Assembly (NCBI GenBank): GCA_904063045.1
Contig: CAJFCJ010000015.1
Coordinates: forward strand, 1,309,034 to 1,373,033
DNA from: Dimorphilus gyrociliatus
Taxonomy: Eukaryota > Animalia > Annelida
Length of the DNA stretch: 64,000 nucleotides
Direction of reading: 5' to 3'
The translations under genes and the position numbers were made by a program. A model generated the notes under the pieces. The model made no database searches, had not been told where the DNA came from, and was given only the letters and a program-made list of their open reading frames with translations. Shown piece after piece: positions 11,724 through 26,200 of the stretch; position 1 is the stretch's first letter, and each line of letters opens with the position of its first letter.

Positions 11724-13582
11724 TTATTGGCAATCACGTATTATTATTGATGATCTCGACTGGCCCACACCGATCCAGCGGACTAAAAATAAATAATGTA
11801 TAGAAATTTGTATCTTAAAATAAATATGTTGTAATTTACCCTTTACGCCAACTAAGTCTTCGATTAAATAGATATATTTTTGTGCGTTGACAGGCAAATC
11901 TTCAAATTTTTTTACATCTTGTGTTTTTTCTTTCCATCCTTCAATATCTACGTATTCAACTTCTACTTCAGATAGCTCATCGCAAGAGGCGGGGAAAGAT
12001 TTCAACGTTTTACCGTTTCGTTTATAACTCTTTCCCACTCTTAGCTTATCAAAGCCATCCAAAATATCTAACTTCGTAATGGCAACGTGGGTGAATCCAT
12101 TCACCATTGTTGAATAACGTAGTTGAACAGTATCCAACCAGCCGCAACGTCGTTTTCTTCCAGTTGTTACTCCAAATTCTTTGCCCTCAGTTTGTAGTCG
12201 GTTTCCAATTTCGTTATTTTGCTCAGTAGGAAAAGGTCCAGTTCCAACACGGGTAGTATAAGCTTTAATAACACCGTAAACTTCCCCTATGCTTTGAGGG
12301 GGAATGCCAAGGCCAGTACAAACACCCCCAATGGAACAATTAGAAGAAGTTACCTATAAAAGTGAAGTAATGAAATACGTAACGCAAGAGAAAGATATTA
12401 TACAGACGTTTGGATAAGTTCCGAAATCAATATCCAACATAATTGCATTGGCACCTTCTATTAAGATTCTCGACCCATTAGTAATTTTTGAGTTTAACCA
12501 CAAAACAGAGTCGACTACCATATCCATATCTCGCAATTTCTCTCTGAGCTTAAAGTATTTTTTCAAATCCTCGTCAACATTAACGTTTAATTTTTTATAT
12601 CGTTCAGTCTGATAAGCAACCAAGTTTCGATACCTGTAAAAAAAAATTCTAAGTAAAATTCAGTACTTATTGAACTCGTACTTTTCGCTAAACAATTCGA
12701 AATTTTCGTGCACTAAATCCGCAATGCGTATGCCATTTCTCGTAGCCTTGTAGGAGAAAAGTTTTAAAGACAAGGATAATAGATTTTAAACCACTGTATG
12801 ATTAAATTATTTTCTCACCTTGGAGGAGTAAGTTGGACCAATGCCTTTTTTTGTAGTTCCGAAGCTGTAAAGTTATACAAGATTGTTAAACTATATGGTT
12901 GAGTACCTTGACCTACCTTTTGTTGCCACGAACTTCTTCTTGGTTTGCATCGGCCATTTTATGCAAATCGAAAACTAGAACATTGAAAATATAAAATTAA
13001 TAAAAAATTAGATAAATTATTAAGGTAATTATCAAAATGTAGACAAATATATTTCAGAAAGCATTAATATAATTTACCGATATGGGCTCTATCAGATATT
13101 AGTAAATTTTTGCTAATCCTACGAAGACCTTTACTTTCATTCTTCTCTATTTCATGGAATAAATCCTCCAAATGAATTACCGTGCCATTTCCTGTAGTTG
13201 TCGTAGAGGATTATGAATAAAATAAACTTACAGAATGTAATATCATACCTATAAGAGACTTACAGTTCTCATGACCAACTCCGCTCGGTAGAAGATGAAA
13301 ATCGTATTCCTTTTCGCCAACCACTACAGTATGGCCAGCGTTATTACCACCCTATATTATAAAAATATGAATTAGCAGACGTTGGTTGACATTGTCACAT
13401 GGTAAGACGCTTACTTGGCACCTACACACCACGTCGACTTCCTCTGACAACAAATCGACAATTTTTCCTTTTCCTTCGTCACCCCATTGAGCACCCAGTA
13501 CCACTTTCACCTGAGATTCCTTGCGATTGGACGCAGAATTTGAATAGGAAAGATTTGGCGCCTCGTTTTCCGTAGTCGCCAT
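11724..13582 (-). CDS. ADSS: Adenylosuccinate synthetase, 9 exons
   Basis: Exons 13582-13415, 13351-13249, 13191-13078, 12974-12917, 12864-12819, 12746-12682, 12633-12409, 12353-11840, 11782-11724. Signature motifs: [67 protein letters not shown]. Confidence 0.97.
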
Positions 13583-13670
13583 ATTGATTTTAATAAAGGT
13601 CGAAAATATAACCTACAGATGGCGTTGATATAGGCCATCTATTAGATTCACCCGAGGCTTCAATATGGCG
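13577..13670. promoter_or_regulatory. Cluster of YY1-like (ATGGCG/CGCCAT) sites at the divergent ADSS/nesprin promoter
   Basis: CGCCATATT 13577-13585 (overlaps the ADSS start), AGATGGCG 13617-13624, GCCATCT 13634-13640, AATATGGCG 13662-13670. Confidence 0.35.
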
Positions 13671-14291
13671 CACAAGCAGTAGACTTGTAGGGAAGACCGC
13701 GAGAGCACACGATTTTAAACTTCGAAAAAGTGAATTTAAAGGATTATTTCGCTGGAGGTTAGTTATTTTTTAAATTTATATAATAAACCTAATAGGAGTG
13801 TTCAATATTCTTCAAACAATTTATTTAAAAGAGTTGGTATTCGCAGAAATCTTCACTTTATTCTGTGACAAACACGTTACGACCCGTCTGATATTACTTT
13901 GTATAGGCTTTGTTACTGCCTTTATACTGTTTTAATCACTTATAACTAATTGGAAAAAAATCATTTGACCTTATTAAAATTGACGTGTATAATTTGGATT
14001 GCATAAGAATATTTGACATGTTTCTAGAACACTTGACGGTTTTCGAAAACTATTCAACGGCTTTGAAATATGTTTTTTTTTTTAAGTCACTCATACTATT
14101 AATGGAACTCTTCAGACGATAACTGTCATAGAAACTTGACTTTAGGCGCAATTAAAAAAATTATTGGAATATACATTTTAGACTGTCAGACGTCATGTGC
14201 TATATTTTCTGCTAAAAGATTTCGAACACCGTTCCAGACAATAACGATTTTCCTAAAAAAGATTACCTCTACAGCATGACATTTTGATATT

Positions 14292-17200
14292 ATGGATAAG
14301 GAAGAAAACCGCTCATCATCGCAAAGACTCTCTTCCAGAGGCTCGACCCCTTTGCAAGATTACCCATACAATCGCGCAAGCCCTGCTGGTAGTGATCAAA
14401 TTGGAAATGTATCTATGGGAGGAGAAATTCAGATAACGATTCAGCATCTTGCAAGTTTGTATCATTTTTTAAAAATTTATTTTTGAATTGTACTGATTAC
14501 TCAGACTGCTAAATACTTAAATCGTTATCAAGTTAGAGATAGCTGATTGTTAGTTAATTGCAACTGATTTATCTAGTTCGGTTCACAACATAAGACTTCG
14601 TGCATTGGTGATTTTCGTTGTTGTCTTTCATAGGAATTTTGTTAAATGAAGGCGTAGGGCTAAATATCCAAAAGAATTTTGTTTTCTTTTAGTTTGACGT
14701 ATAGATTACGCATACTAGGAAGATTGTTTGAGCTAACCTCATTGAACGTCTGAGTGCACTAAATAGACTTTAAGCTCTTTTGAGCCCCTTGTTTAGGTCA
14801 GATTGCCTATGCTTGTTTATTGATAGTTAAAAATTCTTGCCTGTAAACTTATAATTAAGCAAGAAACAACCTTTAGTCACTTTGTGAGCCAAAAACATAA
14901 AATATTGGATCAGACTTATTTGCTTAACTTAGAAATAAAAAATATTAAACCAAACTATTACAAAGCGCTGTTGCACAGATATGAAAACAGTTAACTAGAG
15001 TTGTACATATAGAAATACTAAGTTTTTTATGGAATTTCGTCGTAATCATTTTACAATGTAATCAAAAAATTCATTAGATTCTTTACAAAAAGTCAATAGC
15101 TATACGCTTTTAAAATTGCTCTAATTGATAATCTTTTTATTCAACGAAATCAATACAATCACACAGTTCACTCATTATAACGTACTTTTCGGCATTTTTC
15201 TTTTTGTTCGGAATTGAACGAGATATTTGCTGGTTTTCGAAAACCTTAACAGTGTTTGTGGCCTCTAATAAGGCGAAGAAATTTTGGTATGGCGCAAAAT
15301 TGTGTTAAGTGAACTTATCAAACAATCTCAAATTTCTAAATAGTTAAATTATCTGTTATTGTATTGATGATAGGATTAAAAAGTTGCGGTAATAGTTCCG
15401 ATAGAGTTTTAACAGTTCATTCACGATAGATTTAATTGAATCCAATTGATAAAATTTTCTAAATCGTACAAGGTTTCTTATATTACCTGATCAATATAAA
15501 CAGTAGTAGCGCATTAAGGTAAAATTCGAGTGTGGAGAGGATTCTATTTCAAGTTTTCAAATTAGTTATTATTTGTACAGTATATTTTACCATTATGAGC
15601 TTCTCGGTCACTATAGTATTAGAAAAGCGTACATTTTTCAATTGTAATATTTAATTTGTTAAAACAATAACTGATTTAAGATGCATCAGTTTTGTGGTTT
15701 TCTACTGTTCTTTTTTCAGATTATTTTTTTTTTGAGTTTTATTTACTTTGTAGTGATCAGTTTGTACCAGATGGCGATTGATTTAATATGTTGATGACAT
15801 CTATTGTAAAGTTAAAAATCTCTCAGTACACACGTAGAAATCACTTCAAAATAACCAAAATCAACATCTTTTTTATCAAATATTGATAACAAATGCGATA
15901 TGAGTTAAATTTTGAAATTTTTATAAAATTTTATCTGTCCTTCTATATTTTCGTATATCTTGGAATACAGAAAAGTATTTTTTGAAGAGAATATAAATTA
16001 AAAAGCAAATACATAAAATATTTTCGGCAAAGCGTACAGTCGTTCTTGAGGGCAACCATGCAACTTACATGTTTGATCAACGTGTCAACAAAATTTTATT
16101 GAACGATATTGATTCCTTAATACTTGTATCAAGGCATATGAGATAAGACAGTTCATTTTAATAATTTCTCTGTTATATCAAATGATCCGATTGGCGTGGG
16201 ACTATCCTTAAATATAGGCACGTTCGACGTAATAAATCTGGTCGGAATTCAATTTGATCTAGTCGTTTTGGGCGTTTCATCATCCCCACAAAGGATATGA
16301 TATATATCGGTTATGGTTGACATCGTCTGTAAATACGGAAAGTATTACCGATCTCTTGGTAGGCTTCATGTAGACTATGACCCCGGTAAGTTAAAAAAAC
16401 GGAAGAAAATTTAAAAGGTTTAGCTTACAAAAAAATGTAACGATAATTTATTGAATTTTTTTACAATTATTAAAGTTTTCAAGATATATTTTGATTACTA
16501 TAATATTTGCAAAGTTGAAAATTAGCGTCAGACAAATATACACGAAATAATCGGCCTAACAGGTCATATGTTTCGGACATTTTTAGAGAGTTTTAATAAG
16601 TTTAGTTTAATTGCTTTATTTTTCAATAAGTCTAGTGGAGATTTTTTTGAATTAATTAAATTTTCAACTTTTATTTAAGAATATAAATCTTGATTTCATA
16701 GGTTACTTCTCATGTAGCTTGCAAAAATTCCACAAAAGCTTTAGGTATTTATTCTTAAAAAATAATAGATGACGTTTTAGAGGGAATTATGCTACTTAAT
16801 CACTTAATATTTAACATTGTTCAGATTTTGATGATAATCTGAAGCATTACGTAGTCCGATCTACTTTTCAATTGAACATGTCGAAGCAAGCTATATTTAT
16901 CCATTCTATTGCTTAAAAACGCCCTCTAGACGCCTCTAGTATGACGTATTGATAGTTAAGCAGACGATGTTTCAGTAACGCCGTTCTGCAATGTGTATCT
17001 TTTTTTTGGATAATATACCTGGTTAACAGCTATGAATTTTTGGAAAGTGCCATATCCTCCCTATCCTAGGAAGCCAGGGCCATATTCTGAACACGTCAGA
17101 AGTTTACATGGTGTGTTAATTGCTTCTAAATGAAGTGATTTTTTAAAGGAGCATTAGAAGTATCATTAGCTAGCTCAAAAAGTATATTTTGTTTATTAAG

Positions 17201-20200
17201 AGAATTCACAAAAGCAAGAGGAAATGCTTAAAAGATATTCTCACCTTTCTCGGACGTTAGAGTACACTAATCAATATTTGCGGACAATTTATTGTTTTAC
17301 TGTGCACAATCACTTTCTGTTGTAGTTTGTGCTTTTATTTTCCACAATATTGTTTACTAAATATTTAATTTTGCTTTTCCTGCTAATATTAAAAATTTAA
17401 TTTGGGAAAGAATTATAGTAATATGGTTCTTAAGTTTGGATGTTGGGAAAAATTTAAATAGCTGGTGCACGGAGATAAATCTAATATCTTTGCTTTAAAT
17501 GGGAGAGGCTTTTATAAGCCTTCTTTTTCTAATCAATTGACTTTTTGAACATTCTTGTGTAATACCTAGTTTTTGTTTTGTCTATTTATTTGAAGCTATA
17601 GAATTGAAAAATGCTTTTACGATATTTGTACACCTTACTGTTATGAAACAATAATACTTTATCAATAATAGAAACTTTTTACTTATTTTCAAAGCTATTT
17701 TTAAAATTTATTTTGATTTTCATAGATGAGCAAGAACGTGTTCAAAAGAAGACATTCACCAATTGGGTAAATGCATTTCTTACAAAATGCCAACCGCCTA
17801 TGCAGATTTCGGACCTCTTCCATGACTTGAAAGATGGAGTTGGATTATGTAAATTGCTTCAAGTATTGTCCGGTGAGCGTATCAATTTCGAACAGGGTCG
17901 AAGAATGCAAAGAATTCACTACGTTACCAATGTAACTAAAGCCATTGACTTTTTAAAGAGCAAAAATATTCGTTTGGTCAACATAAATGCAACTGACGTA
18001 GTTGATGGTAAACCCGCTATTGTCTTAGGATTAATATGGACAGTAATTCTGTATTTTCAGGTATTAAAAAATAAATTTTTACACATATGCTAAATATATT
18101 GCTACTTTAGATTGAAGAAAATACGAAAGCCTTAGCAAGTCAACAAGCTATTGCAAATGACGAAATTTTGCATGCTACTGCAGTTACAGCCCTTAATAAT
18201 GCCACAGACACCAAAGGTATCAGTCCTCAAAAGAAAAAAAAGAAAGAACTAGAGTCAGGAAGGTTTCGAACTGGTGCCAAAAAGGCCATGCTTGTTTGGG
18301 CTCAAAAATCCGTCACTCAGTAAGTTTACTTTTACCTGAAATTTAAAAATACTTTATAAACATTGAGCGATGAGAGTTAGATTATAAATTTTAGTAGAAA
18401 ATGGTTGAAATCATTTTAGAGCTTTCAAGAGATTATTACTGAGCTAGATTTCTTATCAACTTATATTTTTTTCAAAACAACAAAACTTATTATATTTTAG
18501 TAGGTTATTATGCTGTTGTGTCTTTTTTATCATCAGAAGTTCAAATGTTTATGGTTGAATTTTTATAATCAACTAAGCTCTTATTCTCCTGTTTAAGGAA
18601 CAACTAGTAATATTTAAAATATGAATAACATTGACTTGTTGTAAGAAGCCGTGTATACATAATAGATTAAGTGGATTGAGTAAGATTTTTCTCAACGATA
18701 GACAGTATCTGTACTATATATGATCATTTTTACCTAAAAATTACTAATTTTCTTTACTTCTACGATTTCATAGACTTCTTTATGAACTTACTCAGTAGTT
18801 TCTTATTCGTTGTTGGTTACGTTACAATCGACCCTAGCGAGTATTGCGGTATTGATCTGTATTGGAATGCTGCCAAGATATCAGGCGCTTTGTTCAAACT
18901 TGTCTTTACTGCTGAGATATTACCGTCCTGTCTGCAAAAATTTTGTTATTAGGAACTTTTTCGGCATGTTATTGAAAGAGTAGAGTGGAGAAAAGGAGTA
19001 GTGTGTAGATGGTCGTATTGCGTGCGTGAAAACAAATAACTATCCATCTAGTAACGACTGTTCTACATACTTTTCCCTTATATCCCTCAAATTATTGTGA
19101 CAATGGAAAGAGAACCGAAACGACATTCTTTTAGAAGTAGCAGAAGTGAAAAAGTACAGAAAAGTAAACGTCTCAAACCATCAATAGAAACTTCTTCAGT
19201 TCATTCTGAACCTGCACATAGGATAAGAAAATCACAGTCTCCTGATTCAACGTGTTCCTCAAAGTCTGACGGTAGTAAAAAGGATATGCTAAAATTTATG
19301 ATACATGAAGTTCAAGATCTTCAAAAGCAAATACATGAGGAACTTGGAACAAAAGGAACACCAAGTAAAATTCCAAGAAAGGGAAAAGGATATAGAAAGG
19401 CTGCCTCTCCAATCAGTTTGAATGATTCGATAAAAATTATGACCGCTAAATCTTCGGCACTTTCAGAAGAGAAAAATGATATCTTTTTTTTTGACAAACT
19501 CAAAATAAAGCGAATTTTAAAAGTGTTTGTGTTGAAAATTGTAACTTAGCTTATTATTATATTAATCAAGCAATTTTACTTAACTTTGACCATAATAAAA
19601 CTGTTTGATGTATTTCAGGCGATTTGGTATACCTGTTAATGATTTTGGGCCTTCGTGGAGAGATGGGCATGCCTTTAACGCAATGATTCATAACATAAGA
19701 CCAGAGCTCGTTGACATGAGGCTAATTGAAGACCGCAAGAATGCTGAGAATTTGAAATCTGCCTTTGACACCGCTGAAAATTATCTAGGCATTCCAAAAC
19801 TCTTAGATCCTGAAGATGTTGACGTTGACCGACCTGATGAAAAATCAATCATGACCTATGTTGCTCAATTTTTGCAAAATTATCCTGACCCAGATACAAT
19901 CTTGGATACTGAGACTGAGGTGAAAATTATTTTTCAACGAAATATCTGTATAAATTTTCTTGATCAGTAAGATTCAAGATATTTAATTTTTACTCGCGAC
20001 AATTTAAGGGTACACAGCAGGCACAAAAAGAAAGACCAAGGGATTATATTAGTTCTTATACTTGGTGTATACAGACTAAAATATCTTCTATAAATCAGGT
20101 TTTTTAAATCTCATTGTCCCTCTTCTTTATTATAGAAATGTTCTGGTGTTTGTGCCCAATACATATTATACATATTAGATATGTATATATAATTATTATG

Positions 20201-23200
20201 TATTTTTTTTGAATCCCGTTTAAATTGTTAGCTATATTTATTTTACCCATTTTGCATGTGCCGTTGCGAATGGTTGCCTATAAATGCTTATTGACTTAAT
20301 GGTAAGATTCACATATTTACTGTGCAATTGTCAACTAAGCTATTTAATATACTATGTAATCTATCTTATAGCTTACTAACTCGGTATTGTCTTTTTTCTT
20401 CTTTCGAATTTTCATTGACATCTTATTATAGTTGAAGCACTGGATTTTTGTCATTTATAAGAAAAATTAAAAAATAATTTTATTTCCTAGCTTATGCTAC
20501 AGCAGTCCTCAAATCCTCTAGAAATTGAGAAAGGAGAATATCGCTTGTTGCTGCGGTGGTTGAATGATGCAGATAAACGATTAGAAGTAGTGGACAATCC
20601 CATTCAAGATCCTGTTAAAGAATATCAAGTTTGTATTCTTAAATGATTGCTAAAGATTTAGTTGAATTAGTTTTTATAGCGATAGGTAATATTTATGTTT
20701 ACCAAATCATAGCAACTTATAGGCACGTAGTACAAACATTTAAGTTGCAGATGGAGCTTTTTTACATAGGCCTAAAAAGCAATACTGTGGAAGGCACAGC
20801 CTTCACCTTGAAAGTAGGAACACTCTTACTTTAGAGATGTATAGCGTTTTATCTTCTATAATATTAAGATGGAATAAACGCAAATAGCTGTCTAATTTAC
20901 TTTTTCTATTCATCCCGTTCAAGATGAACGTTGATAAAGATCGTAGCCGAGTTGTTAGAAAGGTCGTTAAATCTTAAAGGGTTACTTATACTTAGAATAT
21001 ATGCTATTTTGCAGTTATTGTCTTTAATACAGTATAACATAATTCTGAAATTCTAAAAATTTTTCAGACGTATCTTAGATTAAGAGAGGAGCACAGAATT
21101 AAAGAGGGAGTTTATGAACGTCTGATAACTCGTTCAGAGTCTAGTGAACTTGTTGTTCTCAATGAAAATGACATAGCTGTAATGAGACAAAGATGGTCAA
21201 ATACAACGGCTAGACTTAATTTATGGAGATGGAAGCTAGATAGCGCTCTTCCCGGTGAAATTGGCCGTTACGGAGATTGGCTTCATAGAGCTGAAGAAAC
21301 ATTGAAGGATCCAGAGTTAATAAAAAAAGTATCGGATTTGATGACGTTAAAAAGTGAATTGAGCAAAAGAAGTGCTATTCTCGATGGTGCTAACCGAGGC
21401 AAAGCTGTTCCAGAAGCACAATTAAATGACATGATATCTCGAACGGAAGTTATGTCACGAAAAATTAATGCACACATTCCGTTGTTAGAATTTGAAGAAG
21501 CAAAATCTAAACTACTTGAATACTTAAATCAAATAGAAAACTCTCTTAAAGAGTGCGAAAAAAAGCATGGTGAAGTCTCTGAGGTTGAACTAGCAATGCA
21601 GCAATATAAAAAATCTATAGGTGATGAAAAGTCCCTAAGCGAAAATTTCGAATCTCTGAAAAACAATATGAAAGAGAAAGAGCTTGTTGCAATATCAGCC
21701 GGCGTAATAAAAGAGAAGGATGCTGAGGATTTCATATGCTCTACTGACGAGAGATGGAGACAGTTACAAGTTGAATTAGGTTCCGTCCAAACTATGCTAC
21801 AAGAAATTATTAAAAATTGGAAACGTTACAATGCCTTACGAGACCTATTTGCTGTTTGGTTAAAAGAGGCTGAAGATATGGTTCATAGGTCAAGCTTAGA
21901 GGATGAAAAAACAGCGGTATGTACTAATATAAGGTTTTTAGAGGCTAAGGAAATATGTTATATTACTATAAACACACTTTAGATTGAGTATAAAAAATTT
22001 CTTCGAAAATGGAGTATTGTAAGTCTAACGTAGACCTTTATCAAGTCCTTTGTTTTTAAGCATTCATTATGTGTTATGCCTATTCTAAACAAATATCAAA
22101 GAACATTTTTGAATTTTGAGAAAATGTTTTTTTTGCATGTCTGTTAACAGTCTTTTTTAAGTGCTATGACTGTTGCTGTAAACGTGTTTGTCTTTACCCA
22201 ACTATTCCGAAAACTTCGCGGTAGTTTTCTACAAACACTACCTTTACGGGTTAAATCCATAACCCATTTTATTTTGCTAATTTACTGATAGTTCTTTTAA
22301 TTAAATTACCCTCTAACAATAATTGTTTTATTCAGGAATTTCTCTCTAATTTACCTCAATGGAAAGATAAACATGAAAAGTTAAATGAAGCAGCTAATTT
22401 CCTAATCGAGACAGTTCAAGAGACTGTTGGAACTGATATTAAGAGAATGGTTTTATCTATTAATAGGAGATGGAAAGATATATATGACCAAGCGTCGCGT
22501 TTATCATCAACAGCCAGCGTTCGATCTGGCTACAACAATAGAATGAAATCACTTGAGGAGATTTTGCAGCTCCTCGAAAGTTTAACAAAAGACTGTGGCT
22601 TGGAATGTAGGGGTGAAGTTCTTAGGCCATATGTACAAAGTCTACAAGAAGGGGTCGACAGAGAGGAGAAACTAGAAAGTGACTTTAAAGATCTATCCCA
22701 AATCGCAAAAGGCTTGGTTAAAGAAACATCTAGTCAACAAGTGAATGAAATGCTCAGCTTCTTAAAAAGTATAAAAGAGCGAATTGTGATAGTGAGGAGA
22801 GCTCTTCCAGTAAAACTCAATGATTGCAAATCATTACTATCTCTAGTTAATAATTTCGAAGGAGATGTTAATAACCTACAAAAATGGGTTACAGATGGCG
22901 AGAAAATCATACTTTCTCATAGGATTGATCCGAACATAAATGACGTAGAAGAAAGACTAGAAAAGCACAAACGTTACTTTGGGGCCAATATGCAAAAAAT
23001 GAAAAGTTATTTATTGGAACAAACGAAGTCTTATAAGAAGATTTCCACGGAAGCTCATGCTATAGGTCTTGTATCACATTTTATTGAGGCTTCATTGATA
23101 TCGTTGAATGAACGTTTTCAAAAGCTTGAGAAAAATTGTGAAAAGTGGGAACAGAATTTACGTGATTCATTAAATAAATGGCAGCGTCTACAGCAAAGAG

Positions 23201-26200
23201 CCGAGCCTCTTGAAAACTGGATTAAACTGGCAGATACTGCTTTAACTTCCGATGCGTCTGATTCTATTTCAACAGAAGTAATTCTCGAACAATATAACAA
23301 CTTGTTAAATCAAGCTGATCAATGCTATCTTCAAGATTTCCAAACGGCTGCGTCTGATTTACTTAATACTCTCCACCCCAATGACACTCAGGAACTAAAA
23401 GAAAGTGTAGATATATTATGTGAAAGATGGTATGATGATAAAGAAGCACTATTAGAGAAATTATCTCTTGTAAAATTTGCTAAATGTGAAGAAGACTTAA
23501 CGCAGAATTTTCACGTTGCCGAGGAAACATTAAAGCAGTTAGTAAACCATCAACAATCAGGTGTCGACTGCAAGCAACTACAGCATAAACATAGTGTTAT
23601 TTTTCAAGATTCCCAGCTCGCACCGTCATGCAAATTATCATTGGAAGAGCTCCAACAATTAGCACATAATGTCCCTTCTCATAAAGAAAAACTTTTATTA
23701 AGGTTTCAACATCATAGCGACCATTGGGCAAAATTGCAAAAGAGCATTGATCATGTTGGAATTCAGTTACAAGATTCGGAAAGACGCTGGAACATTTATC
23801 ACAAGAGACTTGACGACTTTGTGGATTGGATGAATTGTGTTGAAAAAGTTATAGAAGGATTGGAACACTCATCAACTACCTCTGAATACAAAGATACTTT
23901 AGCAAAATTCAATGTAAGTGTAAATTCACACTTGTTTTTAAACATTATTCTGACACTTGAAAGCTTCTATAATGCTGTCATCTAAACCTGACGTATTTCC
24001 ATTATATAACTCAATCACATTTTTCAAACATTTAAGCCCCTAATTTTTCAAATGTTTCTTTTTACAAGAAATTTTTATACATCTTCATACTTTGGAGGAA
24101 TGACATGTTTAATAATTTTTTACAAAATAAACTTTCATTTCAGGATATTGCTCAGAATATCGATCAGCACCACGTTGACGTTGATTGGCTGGAGGAAGAA
24201 TTTAACAGTTTGTCTCAGTTGGGTGGTCATTCAAATATAGAAAAGGAAAGATATCGTTTACAGCAAATCTTAGAAAAATATGTCAAATTATCACCCATTA
24301 TTGAAGTTACGACGACTAAAAGCTCAACTGTCGTTAAATGTATTGAATATCGTGAAATTATTGAACAAGATCAGCTAAACTGGCTTCGAGAAGCAGAAGA
24401 AGTATCAGAACGGTCCGTGGATTTAGATGATTTAACTGCAGTTCAAGTTCTTCTTGGAGAACAAGAGAATATATTAAAACGCTTAGAAAATGAAGAGGAA
24501 GCAATAGAAGAACAAATTCGTGAGGGTCGAAGGCTAGAGAATGAAAAACATGCTCCAGAATTTGTGAAAGCCACTGTTGATGAGCTGGAAAATCGTTGGA
24601 GAGAAACTGCTCAATCAGCAAAGGCAAAATATGATAGGCTCAGAAATGCTAAACAAAACTGGCTGGAATTTGAAGAAGCATCTAAAATTGTTAATGAGTT
24701 TGTTAAGAAAGTTGACTCTGAAATGCAAAAGTCATTACCAGCCAGCTCTGGCTATCAGGCAATAAATTCTCATATACAAGCGAAAAAGGAGCTGTTAGAA
24801 GAATACTGTAAAATCCATCCAATTATTGAGAATATGGAGAAGTTAAAATCTGAGCTTGGTCTACAGGCAAGTCCTCAAAAGAAGAATGAAATAGAAGAGG
24901 AGATAGTTGACTTAAAATTGAAATTAAAAAATGTAAATGCCAATCTAGGCGATAAAGTTGGTGAGCTGGAAACTTCAGAGAGAGAATGGAAAGAATTGAT
25001 TGGACGAATGGATGCCTTAGACTCTTGGCTTGAAGAGCATGAGGCCTCCTTTGAACGAATTCAACAAATGGCTCTACCGTCTCCTGAGGAACGTCTCGGC
25101 AGAATGAAGGCCCTAGGTGACGATATTACACAGCATGAAAGCCATATTAATCATATGGAAGATGACGCAAAGACTTTAGCCAATGGATTTCGTTCCCGTG
25201 AAACAGCAAATGTAAAATCAAGAATTTCTAGTCAAAAAGCCAAGTGGAGAGCATTAAGAGATCGAATAGAGAGAGCCGGAAATGTCCTCGGTGGAGAAGT
25301 TGATCATTGGAATGAATATCAGAAAGCCCTCTATCAACTTATGCCTTGGCTAGAGAGTGCAGAAAAGAGTCTCATTTCACCTTCTACCCGATTTGTATCG
25401 CTGGAGGACTGTTTGGAGCAAAGTTCTCTTCATGATCAGTTAAAAAATGAGCTAACAACACATGAAGTATTATTCGAACAATTCATAAATGAAGGATCTC
25501 ATGTTGGAAATGAACCAGGAGTTAATTCTCGACTAGAGGAGCTAAAAAATCGGTGGAATAAAATAGCCAATAAAATTTCCGATAGAGATGCAGTTTTTCA
25601 AAAAGCTAAAAAAGCATGGGAAGTGTTTGACACTGTATCTAAAGAGCTTGAAAATAGTCATTCGAATATTCAAGGATCAGTAGTATGTCAAACAACATTA
25701 CCTTCAGTGAAATCAGCCGTACTTGAAAGAGAATTGAAGGCCCATAAAGAGTTGGAAGAAAAATTACATGATAGTAATGCTAAAGTTGCAGATTTACAGG
25801 CGATGCATTCTGCTATTGAAGAATTTATTGATCCTGTTGCAGCAACATCACTTTCAGCCAGAACTGAAAATCAAGTTCAGTTATGGAAAGAATTACAGGA
25901 GGAGGCTAAGAGGAAAGAAGCTATATTATTCGACGAACTTAAACATGTTAAAACTGTGGAAGAAAAAGTAAATACTTTTGAAGGCTGGTTGAAACAAAAT
26001 AAAGAAAATCTAAAGCAAACTTGTAAAACAAGTACTGATGATATTGAGGAAGGATTGTCAACAATCAGGGTTGGTATAAATATATATAAGATATTTGTTG
26101 CTTAGGTTGACTTATTTATTTTAGAATGCTCATCAAAATATTTTGGATGAGAAAGCTACTTTGGATGTCATTGAAGACCAAATTAATTCTCTATGTACCA

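Noticed and set aside
11209-11793. Sense-antisense overlap of the RNF38/44 and ADSS 3' ends
   Set aside because: The first plus-strand AATAAA is at 11788, but the variants TATAAA and AATACA occur earlier, so overlap cannot be supported from sequence alone.
18621-18646. MNNIDL + TT|GTAAGA as a CH1-less first exon (phase 2)
   Set aside because: The phase fits, but it is only 20 nt of AT-rich sequence and would enter CH2 after its first helix. Too likely to be chance.
18782-18976. 56-codon plus-strand ORF (MNLLSSFLFVVG...) and a minus-strand MPKKFLITK resembling a SNAG motif
   Set aside because: Short, with no family match I can support. The SNAG-like peptide stops after 15 codons with no zinc fingers.
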